A DNA stretch of 64,000 nt, taken from the NCBI GenBank assembly GCA_951406725.2, contig OX597838.1:23808001-23872000 (forward strand), in the 5' to 3' direction. Positions 51,724 through 64,000 of this stretch are shown here, piece after piece. The stretch is from Octopus vulgaris. Taxonomy: Eukaryota. How positions within the stretch are numbered: position 1 is the stretch's first letter; every line of letters begins with the position of its first letter. The notes under the pieces are model-generated. The model was not told where the DNA came from. It ran no database searches and saw only the letters and a list, made by a program, of their open reading frames with translations. A program made the position numbers and the translations under genes.

Positions 51724-53941
51724 AATATCTTTGTGTTGTGTTTGTCTTCCCACCACTGCTTGACAGCTGATGTTGGTTTGTTTACATCCCTGTAACTTAG
51801 CAGTTTGACAAAAAGAGACTGATTGAATAAATAGCTGACTAAACAAAAAAAAAAAAAGAATTATAGTTGATTTGTTTGACTAAACCCCTCAAGGAAGTTT
51901 TCCAGTATGATGGCTGCTATCCAGTAACTGAAACAAGCGAAAGATAAAAGATTGTGTGTGTGTGTGTGCGTGCATGCATGTGTTTGCATGTGCCTAGCAA
52001 AATCAGTATATGTAGGACGTATCTTATCTAAAACGAGACACCTGACGAGATACTGCCTACACTGATGGATGCAACACAGCTAGCTGTGCAATATCCCACC
52101 AATATGGGACAGATGCAGGAAGGGTGGAAAAAATTGTTTCTATGGCGTATGTTTTCCCCAGCTGGAGGAGACACCAGTCCACTGCAGCACTACTCATTTT
52201 TGCCAGCTGAGTGGACTGGAGCAACATGAAAAGAAGTGTTTTGCTCAAGAACACAACGTGTCACCAGGCCCAGCAATCGAAACCACAATCTTACGATCAT
52301 GGTGCTGACACCCTAACTACTAAGTCACGCACCTCGAAACATAAGAATATAGCATTACTTTTATTAGTGAAGACCTTTCATTGTAGAAGACATTTTCTAA
52401 GCTCTTTTCTCTTCTTGTGAGAAATACACTCAAAAGGCATGCAGCTTTCTCTCTTTGCCCACTTCTCTCTGTCAATACCTCCCTGCCATCTCTCTCTCTC
52501 TCTCTGTTACGTCATCTTTGTAATTGATGTCACTAAAAATTCAACTGACTTGATTGTTGAATGAACTAAAAGGGATGACTGTTTTACTTTGAGTGAAAAA
52601 GCACCAAATCTAAAAATAGAAGCAATTTAGCCCTTCGCAAAGATACTTTGTCTACTCTGTACAGCAATCCTTTCCCGCATTGAAGAGCATTAAAACTTAG
52701 CAAAGAATTGTAACAAAAGAGAAAATAGTTCTAAGGTTAGCTCTTATATAAATCGAAAAAAGTTTACTCCAACAAATTTCTATGAAAATGTAATAAATAT
52801 ATTTGTTCTGTAAATTGGTATCATTATAAATTTTTGAAAATATTTTAAATCTAACTTCTGTACTTTTCCTTGGAGAGCATCCAAAAAGAAATATTTTGAT
52901 ACTTAATTTGTGAAATTTGGATGAATATTTTAGGAAATATGACAATTTGAATGGTCAACAAATTTGTTGAAATCTTGTGCAATTAGGCCTAAATAAATAA
53001 TTAGTTATATTTGTCATATTATATTTTTGAAACTGAGGTGATAATTATCTTCAAATTAGACAAATTAATAGTGTCCATGGGATAGCAGTTGCCCTTTTTT
53101 TTTTTCATGTTCTCGAAAATGAAACTTTTTCTTGGCAATTTTTTAAATATTTATTTTGGCAACTTTTCAAATGATATTTTGTTGCTTGTAACAAACAGTT
53201 GATTTTGCAGTGTTTTCAGACCTTGCTAAATCCACAAATTCAAGCTATAGGAACTTGAGTTTTGGCGCATTTGTAGAAGGTAGAGAACTCAATAAATCTT
53301 GGGATTTCGGAACATGACATCATTTCAATAAAATTTTAATGACCTATTGAACATAGCTATAAATGGTAGAGTTTTAGATCAGGACAGCCTAAAAGTTTGA
53401 TTTTCTGTTTTGACGAGGATTTTCCCCATTTTCTTTTCACTACACCCTTAGAAATGATGGGGAGAAGCTTTTTATATAAAAAAAAATTTTGGAAAATTTA
53501 TGGTTTTTTCATCATCTCCTTACCCCCACCCTCTCCAGACCAATTTTGGCCAATATTTTTTTAAACTATACACTTAAAAACGATGGGAGAAGCCTTTTTG
53601 GTAAAAAAAAAAAAAAATTTTTCAGTTGAAAAGGTGTGTGATCTAAAGGAGATTTAGCTGTTGTTTCTAACACATGTCATGACCACCTGGTACCTTCCTT
53701 GTTTTTTTGTTACTCTGACATGTATTGATGTTTTTAAATATTTTTCCTTCCCATAAACACATCTTATGAATTGATGATGTGGAAATAACACACAGGTTTT
53801 GTTTAACCTAAGGATGGTTCATTGCTGGAATTTAAGCAACCCTACCGGGAAAATTTTGTAATTTTGATTTTTAACATCCCACCCCGCATCAAGTGAGTCA
53901 AGTTTGTGTGTGTGTAGATGTGTGAATGTAAGAAAAATACA

Positions 53942-54342
53942 GGTGCCAGAGTAGTATGTGATCTACATGCCATGGTGATCTACATTCAAAATTTTGTTGT
54001 AAATTTGCAATTATAATTAGAGATGGATCAATATCTCCATGTTCATCAAGGAGTTCATAGCGTCGGAGAAATTCTATTGCAGCTTCTTCATCTCAAATAA
54101 CCAGTGTGTAAAATTCTTTTGCTCTCATCACGATGTCTTTCAATAGGCTCAGAACTAAAAGTTCTTAAATCATAAAAGTTATTTTTGGTTTATTTACGAA
54201 ACCAAGCGGAAGTCGAGTAAACAGATGAATTTTAAATGAAGATCAAAAAGTTGGTGTAGATCACAAACCATACCATTTGAACTAATGTAGATAACAAGCT
54301 ATACCAGAAACATGTATGTAGATCACATATTACACCAGCACC
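53942..54342. mobile_element. MITE with ~29-bp TIRs and a probable 8-bp TSD
   Basis: ggtgccagagtagtatgtgatctacat versus rc ggtgctggtgtaatatgtgatctacat; flanks aaaataca and aaaatata. Confidence 0.65.
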
Positions 54343-54534
54343 AAAATATATTTACTAACAGAAAAGTATGCTATTAAAATAAATTATCTTTTACATCCCT
54401 TTTATTAAATTATTGGGAATAAATTCAAGCAGTAACTTTCTCAGGTTCTCTGATATTTTAAAATTATAGACAGAAACAAGGGGTGTGAAACAAATCATAC
54501 ATTTTCAAAATATTTAAAAATATATATAATAAGC

Positions 54535-54664
54535 ATAGGCGCCGAAGTGGCTGTGTAGTAAGTAGCTTGCTTATCAACCACATGGTTCCGGGTTCAGTCC
54601 CACTGCATGGCACCTTGAGCAAGTGTCTTCTACTATAGGTAGATGGAAACTGAAAGAAGCCTGT

Positions 54665-54711
<47 letters not shown>

Positions 54712-54925
54712 ATGTATGTATAAGTTTGTGTGTCTGTGTTTGTCTCCCCACCATCGCTTGACAACCCATGTTGGTGTGTTTACGTCCCTGTAACTTAGCG
54801 ATTCGGCAAAAGATACCGATAGAATAAGTACTAGGCTTACAAAGAATAAGTCCTGGGATTGATTTGTTTGACTAAAGGAGGTGCTCCAGCATGGCTGCAG
54901 TCAAATGATTAAAACAAATAAAAGA
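54535..54925 (+). mobile_element. SINE S1
   Basis: Consensus-like, with an internal deletion. Confidence 0.8.
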
Positions 54926-56064
54926 ATACTTTGTTGTTTGTAAATAATTTTTTTCTTATATACACACACAACTTGCTTGGTCCCTGGGATGGGGTGGGGT
55001 AGAGAAATGAGGAGGGTAGTCATGGGATGTTGCTAGAAACAATAGTGAAATCTCCTTTGAGTCACACACCTTTTCATAAAAAGCTCCATCCGAATGTGGT
55101 CAATGCCAGCCCCCCACCCTGACTGGCTCCTGTGCTGGTAGCATACAAAAAGCACCATCCGAATGTGGCCGATGCCATCTAACTGGCTCCCATGCTGGTG
55201 GCATGTAAAAAGCTTCCACTACACTCTGAGAGTGGTTGGCGTTAGGAAGGGCATCCAGCTGTAGAAACATTGCCAGTTCAGGTTGGAGCCTGGTGCGGCC
55301 TTCTGGCTTGCCAATCCTCAGTCAAACTGTCCAACCCATGCCAGCATGGAAAATGAATGTTAAACAAAGATGATGACAGAGTCTACTGGTCAAACTAGGT
55401 TTTGACAAGCAGTGTCAATACACTTTAATGCTATGCAAACAGTCACGGCAGCCTCTTTATATTGACTTAGTGCTTCCGTGAAATATCGTGGTCAGAATCA
55501 TCAATGGCTGTACTGAATTTGAGGAAAATTATTCTTTCTTATGGTATAAAAATCTTGAAGAAAACATGTTCTTTTCAAAGTGAAAATTAACGATAAAATT
55601 TTCACTTAATATATTTCATAACAATTATCTGACCTACCTCCATCGATTTTCATATCAAAATAAAACAAAAAATGTCCTTATTGATTTTTATATCAAAATA
55701 AAACAAAAAAGTCCTTTTCATGGTCGTATCATTTTCAACACAAATCAGGTAGTAGTGCTCCAGTGCACTGAACTAGAATAAGAGTTACTGTTCAGCAGTC
55801 AAGAGCAAAAATGGGCAGGACGAACGTGAGTGGTTAGGGCATCAGGCTTACAATTATGAGGTTATGAGTTTGATTCCCAGACTGGGCTGTGTGTTGTGTT
55901 CTTGAGCCATACACTTTATAAGGGTGATTGAGGGGACCTTTCCTGATATGTAAGTGTCAGATTTTGATCAAAAGTATATGAGAAGGAAGTTCACATCCAA
56001 AACTTTCAAATGAGATATAATTGTCCATGGAACAAAAAAATTTGTTTTGACATGAAAATGATTA

Positions 56065-56459
56065 TAGGCACGGGAGTGGCTGTGTGGTAAGTAGCTTGCT
56101 TATGAACCACATAGTTCCGGGTTCAGTCCCACTGCGTGGCACCTTGGGCAAGTGTCTTCTACTATAGCCTCGGGCCGACCAAAGCCTTGTGAGTGGATTT
56201 GGTAGACGGAAACTGAAAAGAAGCCCATCGTGTATATGTATATATATATATGTGTGTGTTTGTGTGTCTGTATTTGTCCCCCCAACATCGCTTGACAACT
56301 GATGCTGGTGTGTTTATGTCCCCGTAACTTAGCAGTTCAGCAAAAGAGACCAACAGAATAAGTACTAGGCTTACAAAGAATAAGTCCTGGGGTTGATTTG
56401 CTCAACTAAAGGTAGTGCTCCTGCATGGCCACAATCAAATGACTGAAACAAGTAAAAGA

Positions 56460-56460
<1 letters not shown>
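56065..56460 (+). mobile_element. SINE S1, full length
   Basis: Consensus-like. Confidence 0.85.
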
Positions 56461-56494
<34 letters not shown>

Positions 56495-56987
56495 TATATA
56501 TTTGAATTAAATAATGGAAGCAGCTCTACAGTAAAAATTCCATCAATATAACATCTTTAATGTATGTGTGTTGTTGAAACACCAGAAGCTGCAATTTTTC
56601 ATTGGGGAAAAAATCCTTTTATAGACATATTGTGTTAAAAAAAAAAAAGTATATATATATATTTCAAAGCCAGGTGAAATGAAATCATCCCAGAAGTGAC
56701 TGCAAGATCAACAGATACATATTTTGTGTTTGTAATAGTTTCTCAATCTCGCATTTCTCATGTCCCTTTCAAAATGAAATCGAATCAGCTGGTTTGCAGT
56801 ACATAGGGACAGGGGTATAAACTATATGCTGGTGTACGAAAGCACTGCACGAGCAAACTAAAAATCTGAATTATGCAATCAAAGCAGTTCCACAGCAAAA
56901 ACTATATCAATGCAACATACTCAATGTGTGTGTGTGTAGTTGAAACACCAGAAGCTATGGTTTTCATCAGGAAAAAAATCCATTTAT

Positions 56988-57370
56988 GGTAGTTAGTTAG
57001 TTAGTTAATTTGGCTCAAAAGCAAATAGCAAGGCCATGTAGGGGGACATGGAGTTAAGTACAGGGTGGTGTTCATGTAAAGAGTTCAGGCCACTTGAGGT
57101 CCAGGGAGGCTTTGAACAAAGCGGTCGTCGGCATCTTCACCATCTCATCTGGCAGCTTGTTCCACGGATCCGCAACCCGGACGGAGAAAGCTCCTCTCCT
57201 TCGATTGAGATGAAATCGTCGCAGGTAGAGCTTTTCGGAATGACCCCGCAGCCGACGCTCTGGAGCAGGAGTGAAGAACAGCTCTTTCGAGAGGTTACAT
57301 TTTCCGCTTATGATGTGGGCGAGAATGAGATCACTACGGCGGCGGCGTTTTTCAAGAGAAAAACACACTG
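56988..57370 (-). pseudogene. CR1-like LINE 3' end with (AACT)n tail
   Basis: LEKRRRRSDLI...RLRGHSEKL...FSVRVADPWNKLP...FKASLD is typical of a CR1-group ORF2 C-terminus. Confidence 0.8.
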
Positions 57371-57775
57371 TAAGTGGTGGGTGAATTTAGTTTCCATCTG
57401 TTGATCAGCAGTGATAGCATTCTTAAATATAATGCTTGGATGAGTGCAAAACCTGCTGCATGAAACCATTAATAGTGTTGTTAATTCACAAATAAAGAAT
57501 GAATATATTTAGATGACTATTTATGTGTGTGTGCATGTATGTATGTATATGTATAGAGTGCTAGGTGTGGTATACAAATATTGAATATTGAGAAAAAAAG
57601 GTCACCAGAATTTTGGAAAAGAATCTTTTCATTTATTCATTATTAGCGCTTTCGTTCGTTTCTCAAACTTGTTTGATAATTTCGGGAAACAAACAGAAAC
57701 GTTAATAATAATGAATAAATAAAAAGATCTTTTTCCAAACTTTGGTGACCGTGACCCTTTTGTCCGGCATTCGCC

Positions 57776-57957
57776 ATGATAGATTGTTAGCCACTACACA
57801 TTCTTTATTTTCTCTCCTTGTTTCATTTTGTGGAAGAGCGTAGGCTCGAAATGTTAAAGACTTTTTCACTTCCCAAGTGTTATACTAATACATCTGTTTG
57901 TTGTCTACACCACCTGTCTTCATCTTTTGTTTTTTTTTTTTAGTGAATTCTCCCCCT
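57776..57957 (+). mobile_element. Family A element with degenerate hammerhead-like motif
   Basis: atgatagattgttagccact...TTGTGGA-A-GAGC(gtag)GCTC-GAAAtgtt...; ends at (TA)n. Confidence 0.6.
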
Positions 57958-57982
57958 ATATATATATATTATATATATATAT

Positions 57983-58355
57983 TGTGGAGGCGCAATGTCC
58001 CGTTGGTTAGGGCAGTGGACTCGAGGTCGTAGGATCATGGTTTCGATTCCAAGACTGGGCGTTGTGAGTGTTTATTGAGCGAAAACACATAAAACTCCAT
58101 GGCACTCCGGCAGTGGGTGGGTGGCAAACCCTGCTTAACTCTTTCACCACAACTTTCTCTCACTCTTTCTTCCTGTTTCTATTGTACCTGTATTTCAAAG
58201 GGCCAGCCTTATCACACACCGTGTTATGCTGGATCTCCCTGAGAACTTCGTTAAGGGTACACATGTTTGTGGAGTGACAACCACTTGCACGAGCAGGCTG
58301 TTCTGTTGATCGGATCAACTGGAACCTTCATCGTCATAAGTGACAAAGTGCCACG
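57983..58355 (+). mobile_element. tRNA-derived SINE family S4
   Basis: A-box-like ggcgcaatgtcccgttggttaggg and B box ggtttcgattcc. Homologues on the minus strand at about 62207-62588, 51140-51313 and 32430-32610. Confidence 0.75.
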
Positions 58356-58605
58356 ATATATATACACACATATATATAAAATTAGTGTACAATTATACAC
58401 AAAAGAGGTGAGCCTAACAGGACACCTTACATGCTAAAAGGAGCAGTCAAAGTCCAAACCACGGTTAAGAGTAATTTCAAAGGAGCTGTTAGGCTCACAC
58501 CTTTTGTATATAAATGAACACTAATTTTATACAAAAAATATGTTGTCTATTGACTCTTTTATGCATACTAACTGGTAGAAAAATTTTTTACCCTATATAT
58601 AATTT

Positions 58606-58640
<35 letters not shown>

Positions 58641-59970
58641 GAGCAAAACGCCCCCTCCCCCCTCCAATGGACGGTGCTGAGTTGTCAAACATTTAAACCA
58701 AATTTTCTCAAAACAACTTGTCCGTCCGTCCCATAGGCCTCCCCTTTGAGAAACACTGATTTAACCTAAATCTGAGACACCAGCAAAAGAAGAAATAAAG
58801 ATAGACTTTTTTTCTATTCCAAAGAAAAACGATTTTATTCACATAAATATGCAACCAAAGAGTTTAAAGTACCAGTAATGATAAGGCTGTTGACTGGGAG
58901 AACACAAACATGGTTTAAACAGTAAGCTTGGCAGGAAAGAAACGTGCCTTTAAGCAGTACAAAAACAACAAAAAATGGAAGGTGCAGATATGTACAGGTT
59001 GACAGAAGAAAAGCAGGACAAAAACGGTTTTATCAAATATCAAATTTGAGCACAATCGGATGGAGGATGTCCGAGATCCTAGAAGACACACACTCAGACA
59101 GACAGAACGGATTTTATATAATGAATAAAGAAGATATGCCTAAATAAAACTCCTCCTGCAGATGTTTGCACATCTCCTGGCTTGACATCGCATGATTGCT
59201 GTAAACGAGAGTCATCGTCATGCAAGCATGTCCTTCGTTTCCAATCTTCTGTAAAAAAATATGTCTAGCTATGTGGTAATATCACCTTAATTGGAACAGG
59301 CAAATGTTGGCAACTAGATGGGCATCCAGGTGTAGAAAACCTGCCTCAGCAAATTCCATCTGACCCATGTAAACATGGAAAAATAGACATCAAAAATGAT
59401 TATGATGCAGTGTGTGTGTGTGTGTGTGTATGTGTGTGTGTGTGTGTATTATCGAGTTAGATAACAGTGAGATCTAATGCATACAAATTAAGTTAATTTA
59501 TAAATTAATTATTATCCATTAGATTACTCTGTTTCCTAACTTGATAATAATGTTTGGTATTTTATGATATTTTATGTAATATATTCATTGAAGAAATATC
59601 TCTTCAAAATATGATATATCAAACCAGGGTATCTTGGATAAAATATCCTTATAAGAGATTTAAATATTCTCATTGTGACTATACATATATATACACACAC
59701 ACACATATATATATATACATATGTACATACATATACAAATACATACATGCATACATATACAAATACATACATGCATACATATATATATACATACATACAC
59801 ACACAAACATATATACATATATATCTCTATATACATACACACATATAAACATATATACTTATATATATATACACGCATATAAACATGTATACATATATAT
59901 ATATACATACACATACAGATATAAACATATATATATATACACACACATATACATACATACATACAAACAC

Positions 59971-60005
<35 letters not shown>

Positions 60006-60008
60006 TAT

Positions 60009-60061
<53 letters not shown>

Positions 60062-60125
60062 CACAGATATTTAATATTCTATAGATTGATATTGAACCGT
60101 AAACAACTTCCCTCCTTGCATCTAT

Positions 60126-60178
<53 letters not shown>

Positions 60179-60628
60179 TTTATTTTTTTCATATTTTGCT
60201 TCGCAAAAGGAAACAGTGGCTCTCATTTCAGAAATATATAACATCATTGAGAAAGTTCAATACATCATTACAGCAGTGATTTCCAGCAGGGGATGTCATG
60301 ACACCCTAGTGTGCTGTAGACAGTTGTCAGGGGATGTCACAGGGTCTATATAACATAAATAACACAATTGACAACAGAGCATCAATAACAAGGGTGTCAT
60401 GTACCTTAGATGTAGAGAGGGTGATAGGGTAACAAGGTCACACAGACACCGGAAGCCAGTAACATTACCGTGGTACGTTGCAGTATTTCATTACATCTCG
60501 CTCTTTCTCTCTCAGTGTTGGATCTGTTCATGTATGTGTGCATATCTGCGTTGATGTATATATCTATAACTGTGTATGTGTATGTAAATATGCATACATT
60601 CATACATAAATGTGCTTATACACACACA

Positions 60629-60861
60629 CAGAGTGGGCCAAAAGTCACAAACCTGCACAGTTGGCATTTTATTCATATTACATTATTATTATTATTATTA
60701 ATGTGTAAACGCCCACACTTTATATCTGTCTTTGTATTGTCCCCTTCAATCTTGGCTCAGGTGTCAAATAAAAATAAATCATCATCATTATTATTATTAT
60801 CATTATCATTATTATTATTATCATTATTATAATCATTATCATTATTATTATCATCATTATT

Positions 60862-60893
<32 letters not shown>

Positions 60894-60993
60894 CATTATT
60901 ATAATCATTATCATTATTATTTTTATCATTATTATTATTATTATTATCATTATTATCATTGTCATTATCATTATTATTATTATCATTATCATT

Positions 60994-61031
<38 letters not shown>

Positions 61032-61190
61032 CATTATTATTATTATTATTCATTTTGCTTGTCATGTACATGTATGTGTGTGTTCATCGTTTTCTATTTG
61101 TTTTATTCAATTTTAGAAAAATTGAAGCAAGTCTTTGACGATTCCAGCGTATATTGAATTTATTTTGTGCATGACTTTTGGTTCACCCTG
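60629..61190. mobile_element. Tc1/mariner-type MITE containing a ~270-bp (ATT/ATC)n tract
   Basis: cagagtgggccaaaagtca ... tgacttttggttcaccctg|ta. Confidence 0.6.
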
Positions 61191-61314
61191 TATGTGTGTG
61201 TATATGTGTGTGTGTGTGTGTTGCACATGTATTCTCATACTCTACCTATCTATATCTATAAATTGATAGAGATACATATGTATATATATATATAGATGCA
61301 TACATACAGATAGA

Positions 61315-61645
61315 GGCACAGTCGTGGTCATGTGGTAAGAAGCTTGCTTCCCAACCACATGGTTTTGGTTTCAGTCCCACTGTGTGGCACCTTGGGCAAG
61401 TGTCTTCTACTATAGCCTTGTAAGTGGATTTGGTAGACAGAAAGTGAAAGAAACCTGTCATGTGTGTGTGTGTTTCTGTGTCTGTCCTCCCAACATCGCT
61501 TGACAACTGATGCTGGTGTGTTTATGCCCCCCCATAACTTAGTGGTTCAGCAGAAGAGACCAATAGAATAAGTAGTAAGTTCCTGGGGTCAGTTTGCTCG
61601 ACAAAAGACAGTGCCCCAGCATGGCCACAGTCAAATGACTGAAGC
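61315..61645 (+). mobile_element. SINE S1
   Basis: Consensus-like. Confidence 0.75.
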
Positions 61646-61654
61646 AAAATAATA

Positions 61655-61696
<42 letters not shown>

Positions 61697-62096
61697 AGAC
61701 AGAAAATGGAGAAATACTGATGAACAACAATTGACTTACATCATGTTCATCCTTGTCTTCACCTATAATTTATGAGCATAATATGCTTGCATATGTATGC
61801 CCATGGTTAAACATAGGTAATATACCAGTAGTGTAATCATCATCATCATCGTTTAACGTCCGTTCTCCATGCTAGCATGGGTTGGACGGTTCGACCGGGG
61901 TTCTGGGAAGCCAGAAGGCTGCACCAGGCCCCAGTCTAATCTGGCAATGTTTCTACAGCTGGATGCCCTTCCTAACGCCAACCACTCCATGAGTGTAGTG
62001 GGTGCTTTTTACGTGCCACCTGCACCTTCTATCCCTTAGATGGTTATTTTAACCTCTAACTCAGCTAACTTTATATATTGTCAGAATGATGTAGAC

Positions 62097-62139
62097 ACCT
62101 CTGATGAGAACCCAATAAGGTTTGAAAATTGATTAAGGT
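62097..62139 (+). ncRNA. Minimal type I hammerhead ribozyme with intact core
   Basis: acct-CTGATGA-gaacc(caataa)ggttt-GAAA-attgat-TA^-aggt: stem I acct/aggt and a 5-bp stem II. The stem III region AATTGATT is one transition from the palindrome AATCGATT. Confidence 0.75.
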
Positions 62140-63548
62140 TGTTCATCATTTTTTTCAGTCTGCGGAGAATTGGCTAAATTTTGCCCTGTTTATAATTTTA
62201 CCTATGGCGCTCCGTTGGTCATGATGACGAGGGTTCCAGTTGATCCAATCAATGGAAAAACCTGCTCTTGAAATTAACGTGCAAGTGGCTGAGCATTCCA
62301 CAGACTCACAGACGTGTACCCTTAACGTTGTTGTCAGGGAGATTCAGCGTGACACTGAGCGTGACAAGGCTGGCCCTTTGAAAATATAGGTACAACAGAT
62401 ACAAGAAGAGTGAGAGAAAGTGTGGTGAAAGAGTACAGCAGGGTTTGCCATCGCCCCCCTTATGGAGCTTCGAGGAGCTTTAAGAGTTTTTGCTCAATAA
62501 ACACTAACAATGTCCGGTCTGGGAATTGAAACTGCAATCCTATGACCGCGAGTCCACTGCCCTAACCACTGGGCCATTGTGCCTCCACATAATTGTACCA
62601 TATGTTACACACACACACAGACACACACATATGTATGTGTGTGTGTGTGTGTACAACAATAACAACAACATTCTAAAGAACACTCTTCATATGCTTATAT
62701 ATTTGTAATGTAACAGTTGTCACAGTGTGTGTACCAGCCCTGCACATGTTCCTAAGGTTAGCTAATATCATGCCCCTTCATATCCTCCCTCCTACTTCTC
62801 ATTCAACATATTCAACCCCTGCCAGAATTAGGTACTTCAGTTAATTTTTTTGGTTTGATTTTCCCCGTGTTTTTTATTTTTATTTTTCTGCTTGCTTGGT
62901 TGATTTCACGATCACCTAAAACTAAGATATCTCAGAAATAACTGAAGCAAGAATGCATATTTTATTTTATTCTTTTGATAATTATTTAGTAAAATGAATA
63001 AAAAAAATATGCATTTATTGTTTTTTTTTATTTATTTATTATTATTATTTTTTTTTTTGCTTTCCTGAATGTTGCTTTTATGAAATATAATGTAGTCCTC
63101 CATCAAGCTCTATTCAACATTCAATATGTCTAACACTGAGCATGCTACTTATGTTGGGAATATGAAAAACGAAATCCAATAGAATTATAGGGTTTTTGTG
63201 AAACAAAACAAGAAAAAATTTTTAATGAAAATGAATACTGAAATAATATAGAAATATGTTCAGGCAAAAACACACACACACAAAAACATACTTGCATACA
63301 GAAGCATGTTGAGATAATAAAGTAAAAACAAAAACAAGAAAAGTCTGTTGTTTGCTGAACTCGCTATTATAGCAATGAAAGAGGGAGAAAGAAATAGAAA
63401 CAAATATATATGTGTATGTGTGTATATATGTGTGTGTGTGTATATATATATGCATGTATATGTGTCTGTATATATATATATATATATGTGTATACATATA
63501 TGTGTGTGTATATATGTGTGTATATATATATATATGTGTGTGTGTATG

Positions 63549-63591
<43 letters not shown>

Positions 63592-64000
63592 GTTAAGGGA
63601 AAAATCTATGTACTTCAGGAAAGAGAACTACTTTTTCTCTTTTTTCTCTCAGTGGAAGAAAAAAGAGAGCAGTATTCAAGGTAAGCTATTGATGTATTGA
63701 TTGGTCTACCAACTGATACATCTCGAGTTCAAATCCAGCAAACATGCAAACAGGCATGGGCTGGGTGTTTAAGAAGTTTGCTTTACAACCACGGGGTTCA
63801 GGGTCCAACCTCGCACTGTGATACCTTCTACTGCAACTCTAGGTTGACCAATACCCGGTGAGTGTAATTTGGTAAGCGGAACTGTGTAAAAGCAGTGATT
63901 GTTTGTGTGTCCCTCTCTTATATATATATATATATATATATACACACGCAAACACACATATATACACGCATACATATATATATCATCATCATCACCATTT

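Overview
AT-rich, repeat-saturated animal genomic DNA. The mix of tRNA-headed SINEs and TA/CA/AAT microsatellites suggests an octopus or other cephalopod (inference, not verified). One protein-coding gene is well supported: a minus-strand DGCR2/IDD-like type I membrane protein with three GT-AG, phase-1 linked exons, namely VWC (17389-17658), transmembrane (10162-10296) and a 3.6-kb terminal exon (2030-5655) encoding a ~1200-aa Ser/Thr-rich tail with three PPxY motifs. Its first coding exon is unresolved, with candidates near 34.9-35.1 kb. The rest is intronic or intergenic: at least four SINE-like families, LINE remnants (R4/Dong-like, L1/Tx1-like, CR1-like), a Tc1 transposase relic, several MITEs, a Helentron-like element and a 76-bp minisatellite. 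Almost all short ORFs in the track are microsatellite or SINE artefacts. The most striking signal is a set of minimal type I hammerhead-ribozyme motifs carried by at least three families of short non-autonomous elements. These include a tRNA-headed hammerhead SINE and a (TA)n-associated family often coupled to fold-back inverted repeats, one of which is a ~670-bp near-perfect palindrome. Repeat boundaries were read by eye and are approximate.
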